A DNA stretch of 64,000 nt from positions 1 through 64,000 of IMG/VR virus record IMGVR_UViG_3300037313_000574, one strand, 5' to 3'. The stretch comes from a virus (taxonomy: Duplodnaviria; Caudoviricetes). The position numbers and the translations under genes are program-made. Below are positions 1 through 9,120 of the stretch, one piece after another; position 1 is the stretch's first letter, and each line of letters begins with the position of its first letter. The notes below the pieces were generated by a model. It was given only the letters and a program-made list of their open reading frames with translations. It ran no database searches and was not told the DNA's origin.

Positions 1-397
1 TCAGCATGTCGCGGTCATTGCGAATGCCCAGCGGCGGAAGCAAGTCCACATCCTGCCCGCCTGCATTTGCAGCCGCACTGGCGGCAGTAGGGCCGTCATA
101 CAGCGCCACCATGCCATCATCACGTTCCTTGTGAAGCATCATTCCGACGCCGGCAACGAGAGGGCTTGCCAGCTTTTCCAGTTCTTTAGTGCGAACATAG
201 GCAATAGGCTGCCCGCCTGCATTGGCGGCTGGCGTGACTGCGGATTGCAGAGCGGCGAACTGTTTGCGCAGGTTTTCACCAATGTCGATTGATTGACCAA
301 CATCGTCATACATGCAGCCATCCCAGCTTTCCGCAATTTCTTCCAGTGCTGCTTTGTCTTGTTCGGTATTCATCTCATCCCCAATTCTGGTAATCAT
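1..397 (-). CDS. hypothetical phage protein, runs off left edge (MITRIGDENTEQDKAALEEIAESWDGCMYDDVG...)
   Basis: Translated by hand: ATG at 397, open frame to the window edge, continuing the leftward operon. Confidence 0.6.
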   Translation of the reverse strand, partial: MITRIGDEMNTEQDKAALEEIAESWDGCMYDDVGQSIDIGENLRKQFAALQSAVTPAANAGGQPIAYVRTKELEKLASPLVAGVGMMLHKERDDGMVALYDGPTAASAAANAGGQDVDLLPPLGIRNDRDML

Positions 398-482
398 TCC
401 AGTCCTTATTAGCTGCGCAGTACAGCCAGCATCCAATCCAGCCGACCGCGAAGCCGATCAGCAGCCAGATCACTTCCTTCAC
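375..482 (-). CDS. 35-aa small membrane peptide (MKEVIWLLIGFAVGWIGCWLYC...)
   Basis: GTG start overlaps the stop of the upstream GNAT gene (GTGA); single hydrophobic helix. Confidence 0.45.
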   Translation of the reverse strand: MKEVIWLLIGFAVGWIGCWLYCAANKDWNDYQNWG

Positions 483-796
483 GCTGCGCTCCGCACTTCA
501 AAGCCCCATACTTCCGTTTGCTCGCCTGTTCTGGCATTGGCGAACGATGACAGCTTGGACCAGCCGGCCCGTTTAAGAACGCGCTTTTGCGGCTCATTTC
601 CAGCAGCAACGGTGCAAGTGGCGAAGTCATAGCCAAGCTGTGCCAGTGTCGCGTTCTGGTGCTGCTTCAACTGGTGGCCAAAGCCATTGCCGCGAGATTC
701 CGGGCGGACGAACAGCGAATGGCAGTGCGCTACCTGCGGCTGGCCGGGGATGCTGTCGATCTCGTAGGCTCCGAATGGGGTGGCGTAGCGGGTCAT
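479..796 (-). CDS. GNAT-family N-acetyltransferase
   Basis: Motif A-like LFVRPESRGNGFGHQL and motif B-like NEPQKRVLKRAGW; overlapping start/stop with neighbours. Confidence 0.75.
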   Translation of the reverse strand: MTRYATPFGAYEIDSIPGQPQVAHCHSLFVRPESRGNGFGHQLKQHQNATLAQLGYDFATCTVAAGNEPQKRVLKRAGWSKLSSFANARTGEQTEVWGFEVRSAA

Positions 797-1089
797 GGTT
801 GCGCCTTTGCCATTTCATCGAACTTGGCCACAGCTTCTGCCGGCGCGTGATCATAGAGCCGGATTGTTACCGGACCTTCACGGAAATCCCCCTCCATGAC
901 GCCATGTAACGCCAAAATTTCCTTCCTACTCATGTTCCGCCACTTGGAGATCAGGTAGTCGCCGTACAGGATTCCCCGCGGCGCACCGCGCTGCATGCTG
1001 CCAACGGAAAACCCGCAGGATCTGGCAAAGTCTTCGGCGGCGTAGTTGGCGGCAAACGTGCCGGCATTATTGAAGGTGATCGTTCTCAT
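793..1089 (-). CDS. hypothetical phage protein
   Basis: 98-aa ORF translationally coupled (ATGA) to rdgC. Confidence 0.7.
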   Translation of the reverse strand: MRTITFNNAGTFAANYAAEDFARSCGFSVGSMQRGAPRGILYGDYLISKWRNMSRKEILALHGVMEGDFREGPVTIRLYDHAPAEAVAKFDEMAKAQP

Positions 1090-2036
1090 GCTGCTTCCTT
1101 CATTTCCGGAATGTCAGCAATATCCAACTGGCCTTTTTCCGGAGCACCCTCGCCGCCGAGCGCTGCTACCAGGCTGTTAAGCAGACCGTCCAGTTCGCCG
1201 GCCATCAGGGCAAAGTCGCTGTCGAAACGCTCATCGTCGTCCTGAGAGCCGGTTCCGGCGTTTTCCTTCAATACATCCAGCGCCGCCACGCGCTTGATGG
1301 TCAGCGAATCGGTCAGCACGAAGGAAATGCGGTCGTTCCAGGTCAGTGCCAGCTTGGTGACGCGCTTGCCGCCCTTGATGTGGCGCCGGGTGTCATCAGC
1401 CTCCAGGGTGTGCCGCACATAGCGCACGGTCGCCTTGCTTTCGCCTGTGCTGCACAGTTCTGCGTCCTGATCGACGGTGAAGCCGGCCGGCGCCTCGTCC
1501 AGTTCCAGCCAATTGGTCATAGCTTCGCCGGGCGAGCGCACCACGCGCAAGGACGTTACCGGCAGGTTGGGAATGGAGCGCAGCAGCCACTTGAAGACAT
1601 CATCGGTCTTGGTCGGGCTAGCGGAATCGACCACCAGCCAGCCGTGCACCGGGTCGATCCAGATATGGGTATTGCTGCTGACGGCGAAGGCGCGCGGCAG
1701 CAGTTCATCGGTGACTTGCTCCTTGACTTCCTTGCGCTGCTTCTTGCTGGGCTTGAAGCCCTGTTGTTCTTCGATTTCTGCCACCTTGGCCGCCGTCGCC
1801 TGGTTGATGACGGATGCCGGTAGTAGCTTTTTCTCGGTGCAGAAGCGCAGCAACATCTGGCGGTTGACCGTATGCACCAGACCGCCCTTGTCACGAACCG
1901 GCATCCAGCCGCGGCTTTGCATGTCGGCGCTGCCGCACGGCGCAAAGGCTTGCTTGGAAAGTAGTTCTTCCAGTTCCGCCGCAGCGATTGCCCATGCAGG
2001 CGACAAACGAAAGATTTGTAAATTCTTAAACCACAT
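1086..2036 (-). CDS. rdgC: recombination-associated protein RdgC
   Basis: N-term [11 protein letters not shown]; [23 protein letters not shown]; C-term [13 protein letters not shown]. Confidence 0.95.
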   Translation of the reverse strand: MWFKNLQIFRLSPAWAIAAAELEELLSKQAFAPCGSADMQSRGWMPVRDKGGLVHTVNRQMLLRFCTEKKLLPASVINQATAAKVAEIEEQQGFKPSKKQRKEVKEQVTDELLPRAFAVSSNTHIWIDPVHGWLVVDSASPTKTDDVFKWLLRSIPNLPVTSLRVVRSPGEAMTNWLELDEAPAGFTVDQDAELCSTGESKATVRYVRHTLEADDTRRHIKGGKRVTKLALTWNDRISFVLTDSLTIKRVAALDVLKENAGTGSQDDDERFDSDFALMAGELDGLLNSLVAALGGEGAPEKGQLDIADIPEMKEAA

Positions 2037-2048
2037 ACATCCCCCTGG

Positions 2049-2528
2049 TTAATTTAATAATTCAAAGCTGTCGATGATGCGATCGATCATTTCAAAGCCC
2101 TGGGCGTCGCTCAGGTGCGGCCACAGGAACCGGGTTGCCCTAGTCGAGCGCAGGAACGTCTTTACCTTCTTGTGCACTTCGCCGAACTCGACGTCATCCA
2201 GCTTTTCATATGCGATCGACAACGGCATGGCGCACATGACGCCGTTCGGGCCTGGCACCAGCTTGCAGTAGCCGGCGCCGACTTCCGCCCACTTGCGCAT
2301 GTCATCTGGATCCGCGAACTGCTCTTGCGACTTGAACAGGGCGCCGAGAATGGCGAAGTGAAATTTATGAAACTGTGGGCTGCGCGGCTCCCACCATTTC
2401 AAGACCAGCACCGCATCCGAGGTCAGCGATTGCATGCGCTTAACGAAACGGGCGTAGGCGCGCTGGTCCTTCTCGTTGGCGCCGTCGATCTTGCCGAGTT
2501 CGTTGCGAGTGATGGTCACTTGTGGCAT
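2049..2528 (-). CDS. DUF1367-like phage protein
   Basis: Likely start MPQVTITR at 2528; EPRSPQFHKFHFAIL and PLSIAYEKLDDVEF motifs. Confidence 0.6.
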   Translation of the reverse strand: MPQVTITRNELGKIDGANEKDQRAYARFVKRMQSLTSDAVLVLKWWEPRSPQFHKFHFAILGALFKSQEQFADPDDMRKWAEVGAGYCKLVPGPNGVMCAMPLSIAYEKLDDVEFGEVHKKVKTFLRSTRATRFLWPHLSDAQGFEMIDRIIDSFELLN

Positions 2529-2529
2529 A

Positions 2530-3747
2530 TCAGGCTGCCTCTGCCATCCGATGCGCGGCCATCGCCTGTTCAATCCGCTTGATGAGCGCAACGCCGATTC
2601 CAGGGAACTGGTGCTCGTGGTAGAGAACGGCGCCGCGTTGCTTGTCTGCCGGCTCGAACCCGAGTTCGCGCAGGAAGTCGGCCGACAGGGCAAAACCCAG
2701 GCGCTCGGCGATTACGCCCAAGCGCAGGGTTGGCGGCGAAACGGGTGCAGCCGTCCCCATGGAAGGAAATGGCCAGGTTTCATCCGGCACGTACCCGTTA
2801 TCGCTGGGCTGCTCGGCCAGGGCTTCCAATGCCCGCGGCGCCACGTCTTGCGCGATGCTGGCGGCATGGGCTGCTGCCTCTTCCTCTTCGCGGCGGCGCT
2901 GGGCTGCTTCCAGTACGGCTTGCTGGCGGGCGATATCGCGCTGCCGCTGCTCCAGCTCTGCGCGCTGGGCTGCAACTTCGGCGTTGTGCTTGTCGCGGGC
3001 GGCCTGCAGTTCAGCCTGAGCGGCTTCGCGTTCTGCCTTGGCTTTCGCCTCATCGGCGGCGCGGCGGGCTTCGGCTTCGGCGCGCAGGCGGGCCAGTTCT
3101 TCGCGCTCAGCCTTGATGCGGGCGGCTTCGGCTTCCTGCACCTCGGCAGCCGCGGCTGCTGATTCGAGCTTGTTGAATGCCTCCGATCGTACTGCCATTG
3201 CCTCGTCGCGAAATTCTGCAAATGATTCATCAATGATGGTATCGGCGACAAGTTGCGCTGCGTGACGAATTGATGCAGCCGGCATGCCAATAGCTTTCAA
3301 TGGCTGGCTTCTTATCCAGTCAATCTTGGCTTGGATCGCCGCGACACGCTCCTGCTCGGCCTTGATCTTGGCCTGGCGCTCGGCTTCCTTACGCGCTTCT
3401 TCGGCCTTGATGTCGGAATCAAACCGGCTTTCCAGCGGGGAGATTTCCGCTTCCAGTTCCTTGTATCGGCTGTCCAGCAGCTTGCCGATTTCCAGAATTG
3501 GGGCTTTTCGTTCCTTGCGCGCCTTTTCGGCATCGACGCGCACTTGGCGGAACTTGGCCCGGTGCTCGGTGGCGATCTTCATGCCGGCCGTGGTCGTGAT
3601 ATCGTAGGTAATACCTTCGGCTTCGGCCTTCAGCAAGGCCAGTTCAGCACGGAATGGGTTGAATACCTCAGCAACGTACTGCTCGGGCGTCAGGGTGAGC
3701 AGGGTTGATACGGACTTCTTTTCGGTGGTGGTGAGTTGGGCGGACAT
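2530..3747 (-). CDS. coiled-coil phage recombination-region protein
   Basis: Start MSAQLTT coupled to the upstream stop (TAATG); long E/A/R-rich helices; C-term LRLGVIAERLGFALSADFL domain. Confidence 0.75.
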   Translation of the reverse strand: MSAQLTTTEKKSVSTLLTLTPEQYVAEVFNPFRAELALLKAEAEGITYDITTTAGMKIATEHRAKFRQVRVDAEKARKERKAPILEIGKLLDSRYKELEAEISPLESRFDSDIKAEEARKEAERQAKIKAEQERVAAIQAKIDWIRSQPLKAIGMPAASIRHAAQLVADTIIDESFAEFRDEAMAVRSEAFNKLESAAAAAEVQEAEAARIKAEREELARLRAEAEARRAADEAKAKAEREAAQAELQAARDKHNAEVAAQRAELEQRQRDIARQQAVLEAAQRRREEEEAAAHAASIAQDVAPRALEALAEQPSDNGYVPDETWPFPSMGTAAPVSPPTLRLGVIAERLGFALSADFLRELGFEPADKQRGAVLYHEHQFPGIGVALIKRIEQAMAAHRMAEAA

Positions 3748-4517
3748 TACGCAGCCTCCTTCATTCTTAATGTTGTTTCGTATTGGTCGACGAGCAATTT
3801 GAATTCCCACAGTTCGGACTCCATTTGCTCGATGTAGTTATCGTCGCGCTTGAACTCTTGCATCCACAGCTGGCGCCCGACTGGCTCAAGTGCCGGGCAA
3901 TACACGCCTGCATGCCACCACTTGCGGCCGGTGATCCACATGCAGCCCTGCATCTGGTCCATGATCCCGCTGGCATCGTTATCAATATGGAAGGCGCGCA
4001 GCTTCGCCGGATCAACAAAACACTTGTATTCGCTGCCACCATCGACTTCGATCAGGCCGTCAGCACTGGCGCCAAAGATGCGATCATCGGTCAGCACAAA
4101 TCCTGCGCGCTGCACGATCAGGCCGGTTTGCATTTCATGCTCCATGCGCGCGGCCGGCTCAAGTTCGTGGCCGCGCTTCATCGACCACGTTTCAAAGCCT
4201 TCATCGAGCGCCTTGCCGCTGATACGCTCGATCGCCACGCGAAAGGCATAATCCTTGGCGGCGTCGGAATACTCCCCTACTTTCTCGCCTGCCAGAGCGC
4301 GCTCGACAGTTTCGGATTTCGGCTTGGCCTTGTAGCCGGCTGCCACCATTGCTGCGCTTTCCGACGCGCCGGCACGAATCGCCGCCACATATTTTTCCTG
4401 CTGTTCGGTCAGGCCGTTGACCTTCTTGCGCGCGACACTGAACATGCTGGCCGTGATGACGCCGGCCCGTGCGGCATGCCATTCTTCGCTGCCCTGTTCG
4501 CATTCGATGATCAGCAT
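3747..4517 (-). CDS. YqaJ / lambda-exonuclease family 5'-3' exonuclease
   Basis: EQGSEEWHAARAGVITAS, RGHELEP, GASADGL, EYKC, Q-x-Q motifs; adjacent to recT. Confidence 0.92.
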   Translation of the reverse strand: MLIIECEQGSEEWHAARAGVITASMFSVARKKVNGLTEQQEKYVAAIRAGASESAAMVAAGYKAKPKSETVERALAGEKVGEYSDAAKDYAFRVAIERISGKALDEGFETWSMKRGHELEPAARMEHEMQTGLIVQRAGFVLTDDRIFGASADGLIEVDGGSEYKCFVDPAKLRAFHIDNDASGIMDQMQGCMWITGRKWWHAGVYCPALEPVGRQLWMQEFKRDDNYIEQMESELWEFKLLVDQYETTLRMKEAA

Positions 4518-4519
4518 GA

Positions 4520-5608
4520 TTACGCCCCCGCTTTCTCGGCGCGGGCAATAAAGCCGTCATAGACACCGGGGATGGCGTTGATCTTGGCCCGCGTCGCATC
4601 CGACAGGCCGTTCCAGGATTCCAGGAAGGCATCTGTTCCGCTATCGGCCAATGCTTCTAGATCCGCAATGAGCCCCTCCATTTCCGGCGGAATGCCCACG
4701 TCGACGACCGCATTGGCAGCCGCCTTCTTGAACACGTTGCCGGCTGCTTCCACGGCCGCCTTGAATTCGGTGTAGATGCTCATGTCGCCGGTCGGCTTGA
4801 TTTCGGCCAAGCCATCTTTCCAGACTTGCGCCAGCGCGGCGGCATCCTTGGCGTCATTGGCGCGCCCGATCCACTTGTCGAGCAAGCCGGTGGTGACGAC
4901 TTCGGCCCGCCCCATATCGCGCGGCGCCTGGCGCGGCGACTCGTCAAGCTCGTCCGGTGTATAGACGCCAAGGATCACGTCCGGGCAATACAGGCGCGCC
5001 CAGCGCTTGGTAGCCAGGTAGGCTAGTTGCTGACGCGGATCGTCCGCCCACAGGGTTGAATTGCGGGTGCGCGCCTGCGCCATCAGAAGCGTAAGCTCGC
5101 GCGGCTCGTCTTCGCCTTTGAGCGTGGACCACACGCGCACGCCTAGACCGTCCTCGTCCTTCAAATTCCAGTTCGGCACACGGAATTTCATCGGGTTGCC
5201 TGCATCGTCTTTCTTGGACTTACTTTCGACTTCCTTGAATTGTCCGAGGATTCGCTCCCACGGGCCGAACCATTCAAAGTGCAGGCGGTCCCTGGTCGGC
5301 GCCATGGCGGTGATGACCGCATTCACCAATTGCGCCTCGTAGCCGATTTTTCCAGATACAAAGTGCGTTTTTTGCGCGACGGCAAACGGGTTCATTTTCC
5401 ACTGGACTGATTGCATGACGATGGCTAAGCAGTCGCCGGGGGAGTTGCGGAATTCGGCCGGCATCGTGCAGCGGCCGGTTGCCATGATTTCAGCTAGGCG
5501 CATCATGCTATCCATGCTGGCCGAATCCAGTACCAGAGCACTCGTGCTGGTGTTGGGCACGACGACATTCAATTGCGCGTCGGCGGGCAGTTCAGTAATT
5601 GCGTTCAT
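4520..5608 (-). CDS. recT: RecT-family single-strand annealing protein
   Basis: DCLAIVMQSVQWKMNPFAVAQKTHFVSGKIGYEAQLVNAVI; LWADDPRQQLAY; LGVYTPDEL. Likely start MNAITEL at 5608. Confidence 0.9.
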   Translation of the reverse strand: MNAITELPADAQLNVVVPNTSTSALVLDSASMDSMMRLAEIMATGRCTMPAEFRNSPGDCLAIVMQSVQWKMNPFAVAQKTHFVSGKIGYEAQLVNAVITAMAPTRDRLHFEWFGPWERILGQFKEVESKSKKDDAGNPMKFRVPNWNLKDEDGLGVRVWSTLKGEDEPRELTLLMAQARTRNSTLWADDPRQQLAYLATKRWARLYCPDVILGVYTPDELDESPRQAPRDMGRAEVVTTGLLDKWIGRANDAKDAAALAQVWKDGLAEIKPTGDMSIYTEFKAAVEAAGNVFKKAAANAVVDVGIPPEMEGLIADLEALADSGTDAFLESWNGLSDATRAKINAIPGVYDGFIARAEKAGA

Positions 5609-5642
5609 CGTTTTCCCCAAAAATGTTGTTATTGACTGCGAC

Positions 5643-5846
5643 TTAAATCCGAGAAGAGCGCGCCAGGGCGGCACGTTTCTGGTAATAGGCGACGTTCTGA
5701 TGGGCTTCCTTAGCGCGTTTTGCTTCGGTGGCCGCGCAAATCAGGTAATGGTCCTCGGCCTTCTGTAGCCACTAGTTGCGCAGCGATTTCAGCAGCGGCA
5801 TAGTTGAGTAGCCAAGCAGGCCGGAAGTGGTGTGGATGCGGCTCAT
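5643..5846 (-). pseudogene. small early protein interrupted by an in-frame TAG
   Basis: ATG coupled to the upstream stop; reads MSRIH...KSLRN*WLQKAEDHYLICAATEAKRAKEAHQNVAYYQKRAALARSSRI*; TAG at 5772-5774. Confidence 0.5.
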
Positions 5847-6136
5847 GCGGGCTCCTGTTCTTTTATTGGCTGCATACTGAGCAGTTGCTTAACTTTGGCG
5901 TTCGCCCACTCTGTGAGGCCTTGCTTTGGTGGTTTGCGTCGCAGATGAAAATCGCACGCATAAAGTTCTTTGCCATCACAAAGCCGAACAAGGCACATTA
6001 GGTATTCTTTGCCAATAGAAGCCACTCGCAACTCCCATCCAGATACGACGACGCACTCTGTGCCGTTATATTTTTCCGAATTGTGTGTGGCGTTCTGCAC
6101 AATGCAGATTTCTCCAACTTTGAATTGCTCACTCAT
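5843..6136 (-). CDS. hypothetical phage protein (SH3/KOW-like start FKVGEICIV)
   Basis: Likely start MSEQFKVGE at 6136, coupled to the upstream small ORF. Confidence 0.65.
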   Translation of the reverse strand: MSEQFKVGEICIVQNATHNSEKYNGTECVVVSGWELRVASIGKEYLMCLVRLCDGKELYACDFHLRRKPPKQGLTEWANAKVKQLLSMQPIKEQEPA

Positions 6137-6240
6137 TGGAAGCCTCCGATAATCAGAATGCAGACAGCAATCCCAGCCAGCGGAACCCACTGGTTGCGGT
6201 CGGTGAAGTCCATGCCGGTAAAGAGAAGGCGGGCGATCAT
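6133..6240 (-). CDS. small membrane peptide (MIARLLFTGMDFTDRNQWVPLAGIAVCILIIGGFQ)
   Basis: ATGA overlaps at both ends; C-terminal hydrophobic helix. Confidence 0.5.
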   Translation of the reverse strand: MIARLLFTGMDFTDRNQWVPLAGIAVCILIIGGFQ

Positions 6241-6641
6241 GCGGCGCTCCCGGTGGCTTTAGCGATGGCGGCGCGTGCTGCATCGAACTCGTCCGTCGCA
6301 CGGTCGGCAACCCGAAGAACGCCTTGTAGCGCGGCTAGCAGGTCAGGTGCAGCAGCTATCAGCCTAGCGTCAGGGTGGATGACAAACTGGAACCAGTCGC
6401 GGTGATGGTGCCGTCCCTCCGCTGGTGCGATCCATTCCGGCTTGTCGCACAGCCGATCCATTAAGTTCAGACCGTCCTCTGCGGTGTCGCGGAAGCGCGG
6501 AACTGCGCCGCTCAATCCCCAGCGAGCAAAGTCCATCACCGTCAGGTCATATTGGGGACGCAATCCACCGACAAGCTGAACGCTCTTGTGCTTCTGGTTG
6601 AACTCCCAGCGCCACGGTCCAGGTGTATGCATTGCGCTCAT
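6237..6641 (-). CDS. hypothetical phage protein (HTPGPW...DARLIAAAPDLL family)
   Basis: Characteristic HTPGPW start and ARLIAAAPDLLAAL end. Confidence 0.8.
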   Translation of the reverse strand: MSAMHTPGPWRWEFNQKHKSVQLVGGLRPQYDLTVMDFARWGLSGAVPRFRDTAEDGLNLMDRLCDKPEWIAPAEGRHHHRDWFQFVIHPDARLIAAAPDLLAALQGVLRVADRATDEFDAARAAIAKATGSAA

Positions 6642-7000
6642 GCTGCCTCCTGCGCATCAAGCCACTTGCTGTATCCGGTGGATTCCTTGTCGTCACGGAG
6701 ACGTTGCGCGGCTTCTTCATCGAGGCATACCGAAGCCTGGGCTTGCGCGCGCGGCAGCCAGTATGTGGTGGAAGTTTCGAGCATCAGCTTGGCCACTTCA
6801 TCGCCCTTACCTGCCCGGATCAGCTTGCCGATCGCCGCGAAGTTATCATTGGCGTCATCGCCGCCAGCAATGGCGGTCGCCAGGTTTGCGCCTTCCAGGG
6901 GATCGAAATCTTCGCCGGGCGCCATCATCGACTTGGCGCGTTCATCAACGGCTTGTTTGTGCTGCTGGCTTTCCAGCCATTCATCACGCGGTTTGCCCAT
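6638..7000 (-). CDS. hypothetical protein, first gene of the pL operon
   Basis: 120-aa ORF with an upstream GGAG RBS, downstream of pL. Confidence 0.75.
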   Translation of the reverse strand: MGKPRDEWLESQQHKQAVDERAKSMMAPGEDFDPLEGANLATAIAGGDDANDNFAAIGKLIRAGKGDEVAKLMLETSTTYWLPRAQAQASVCLDEEAAQRLRDDKESTGYSKWLDAQEAA

Positions 7001-7074
7001 TTGCCACTCCTTTGTTCGCGCCGTAGCGCATACGATTTACTGCAATAGACCCTCGCCATCAGCGAGCACAAAAC

Positions 7075-7163
7075 AGACATTAGTTTGTTTAATACCTCTA
7101 ATAACAAACTCATGTTTATGAGTGAGATTATAGACACTTGTTTGTTGATGTCAACTATTGTTT
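7075..7163. promoter_or_regulatory. OL operator array (AAAC-N4-GTTT-like sites)
   Basis: AGACATTAGTTT 7075, AAACTCATGTTT 7106, AGACACTTGTTT 7132, CAACTATTGTTT 7152; the 7106 site is the exact reverse complement of the OR site at 9166. Confidence 0.7.
7127..7154 (-). promoter_or_regulatory. pL-like sigma70 promoter
   Basis: Minus-strand TTGACA (7154-7149), 16-nt spacer, TATAAT (7132-7127): perfect consensus hexamers. Confidence 0.85.
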
Positions 7164-7215
7164 GTTTTGTTGATCAAATTTTTTTGATGGCGGTCAAATC
7201 AGAAATGGATAGGCG

Positions 7216-7237
7216 AAAAAAAACCGCCGAAGCGGTT
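7216..7237 (-). terminator. intrinsic terminator for leftward immunity-region transcripts
   Basis: AACCGC-CGAA-GCGGTT hairpin preceded by an A-run (U-tract on the minus strand). Confidence 0.8.
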
Positions 7238-7264
7238 AGTGGATATTGCGGGAAGTAGGGGCAG

Positions 7265-7552
7265 CTATATTTGCCGGATCATTTTCGTCAGCGCATCCGC
7301 CTTGTCTGCCAACAGCCAGACGATTTCGCGCAAATCAGGGTCCAGCTCAGCGCCGCGCATCTTATGCAGCATGCTCCGTATCTGGTGGGATTCTGTTTCG
7401 ATATGCCGGTACAAATCATTGTGTGAAAAAGTAATTTGTTTTCCATCAAACTGCTGAAACCGCACTTGCTTTGCGGCCTTTAATTCCGGAATCCCCCCTG
7501 GAAGGCCGGCATAGCTATCAACGAAATTATGTTGTTGCAAGTTCTTGTACAT
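7265..7552 (-). CDS. AT-rich hypothetical moron protein
   Basis: 95-aa ORF in a visibly AT-richer stretch, ending just before the terminator. Confidence 0.55.
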   Translation of the reverse strand: MYKNLQQHNFVDSYAGLPGGIPELKAAKQVRFQQFDGKQITFSHNDLYRHIETESHQIRSMLHKMRGAELDPDLREIVWLLADKADALTKMIRQI

Positions 7553-7723
7553 TTTCCTGTCCCACTGAATTAAGAGAGGCCGTCGGTCTTATATTGCCGT
7601 TCGTAATATTGTCTCTTCCTTATATGGCCCATTGAATTGGAAATTTGAAACATTTCCACTGTTAAATATATAACATCAACTCAATAATTGCTACATAAGT
7701 GTTACTACCGGTAATTTGTCGGT

Positions 7724-7993
7724 ATGGCTACACTTGCGCTTATGATAAAAGATATAGCGCCAATGGGTTTGCGCATGCCGCCCGAACTAAAAGCCCAAAT
7801 AAGAAAGGTTGCCAAGGAGAATGGCCGCTCGATGAATAGCGAGATATTGGCGCGCCTAGCATCGAGCTTTGACCCCCGCGTCGATTTATCTCGGGTGCCA
7901 ACAAGCGAGCTTGTCCGTGAGCTGCTGGATCGCAATGAGCCAGGAAAAATATTTATAGAAATTAAAGGCCCGCTGGCGAGGGCCGCCAAGTAA
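7724..7993 (+). CDS. Arc-family ribbon-helix-helix DNA-binding protein
   Basis: MGLRMPPELKAQIRKVAKENGRSMNSEILARL matches the Arc/Mnt pattern. Confidence 0.9.
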   Translation: MATLALMIKDIAPMGLRMPPELKAQIRKVAKENGRSMNSEILARLASSFDPRVDLSRVPTSELVRELLDRNEPGKIFIEIKGPLARAAK

Positions 7994-8031
7994 GCCCGCA
8001 TGGGCCGCGCGGCACCGCTCCAGTGCTTATG

Positions 8032-8334
8032 TCAGCGCGCGCGAATGCACACGCCCTGAATGGCGCCCTGTTCCTTCAGGCACCTGGATGAGGGACCGCA
8101 ATCAGGATCAAACGAGCAGGTATTGCCATAGGTGCGATTGGGGTCGAGCGGCGCATAGACCGGCTGTCGATCATTGCTGTTTCCAGGCGAGATCCCGCCC
8201 GCACATACGCCATGAAGTTGATAATTCGATTTGATACACCGGCTTCCCGGGCTGCAATCGGTATCAAATGAGCACGCCATGGCGATGGCAGGACAGAGAA
8301 GTGCGGCGGCAAGTGCGGCTTGATTGAATTTCAA
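8032..8334 (-). CDS. secreted Cys-rich protein with two 4-Cys repeats
   Basis: TTG start at 8334 with GGAG RBS; signal peptide; CSFDTDCSPGSRCIK..GVC and CSFDPDCGPSSRCLK..GVC. Confidence 0.75.
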   Translation of the reverse strand: MKFNQAALAAALLCPAIAMACSFDTDCSPGSRCIKSNYQLHGVCAGGISPGNSNDRQPVYAPLDPNRTYGNTCSFDPDCGPSSRCLKEQGAIQGVCIRAR

Positions 8335-8374
8335 TTGAATTCTCCCTGGCCGGCAAGGTGGCGCCGGCATGCCA

Positions 8375-9106
8375 TTAGAATTTAGGTCTTCTGCTGCGCT
8401 TTCTGTGCTCGGCCATCACGCCAATGATCTCCAGGGATTCCCGGTCGCTGCGTAATGTCGGGTAATCCTCGTTGAGTGGCACCAGCTCGAATATCTGGCT
8501 ACCATCTTCGGCCGTACCGCGTGGGCGGTATTTTTTGAAGGTGGCTTCGTTCCTGCTGTTTTTCGCCACAACAAACTCCCCTGGCCGCGGGCTCCACTCC
8601 GGCTCAATGATGACGCGATCGCCCTGCTTGAACTCGGGCAGCATCGCGTCGCCTTCAATTTCCAGCGCAAATGCCCAGCGCGACAAATCCGTGTCGGCAT
8701 AGACGATATCCAGGCCGGCGCCCGGTGGATAGGGTTCGCTCAAGTCTTTCATGCGCCCAGCCTGAGCCATGGAGATGACCGGGAGGGGCTGTTTTCCTGA
8801 TGCCGATGGCGCCACGGCGGCCGCCCGATTGCTCCCCTGCCCTTCAAATTGAGGCACCGGCCAGCGTGACCGGATCTCGTCAAGGCTTAGGTCAGTCATG
8901 TTTTCATCGAGCAAGGCGCGCAGCGATACCTGAAAAACCTCCGCCAGCGCGGTCGCATATTCAGACCGCACGCTATCCCTAGTTTCCAGCGCGTAAATCG
9001 CTTGCGCCAACTGGACCGCGTTATCCGGGTCAATGCGACGCGCCAGGTCCGGACGCCCTAGCCCGGCCTGTGTTCTTAAGTGCTCGATGTTCTTTCCTAG
9101 TGCCAT
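8375..9106 (-). CDS. cI: CI-like repressor (HTH + S24 domain; catalytic Ser replaced by Ala)
   Basis: N-term HTH; AQAG cleavage-site motif; LEIEGDAMLPEF and EATFKKY; divergent from cro. Confidence 0.92.
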   Translation of the reverse strand: MALGKNIEHLRTQAGLGRPDLARRIDPDNAVQLAQAIYALETRDSVRSEYATALAEVFQVSLRALLDENMTDLSLDEIRSRWPVPQFEGQGSNRAAAVAPSASGKQPLPVISMAQAGRMKDLSEPYPPGAGLDIVYADTDLSRWAFALEIEGDAMLPEFKQGDRVIIEPEWSPRPGEFVVAKNSRNEATFKKYRPRGTAEDGSQIFELVPLNEDYPTLRSDRESLEIIGVMAEHRKRSRRPKF

Positions 9107-9120
9107 AAACACCACTATAT

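Noticed and set aside
1-1100. Integrase or attachment site marking the prophage end
   Set aside because: No recombinase ORF or boundary; the phage operon continues off the left edge.
7560-7720. LexA (SOS) box controlling the Arc or moron genes
   Set aside because: CTGTTAAATATATAAC near 7657 lacks the ACAG half-site; no convincing CTGT-N8-ACAG found by eye.
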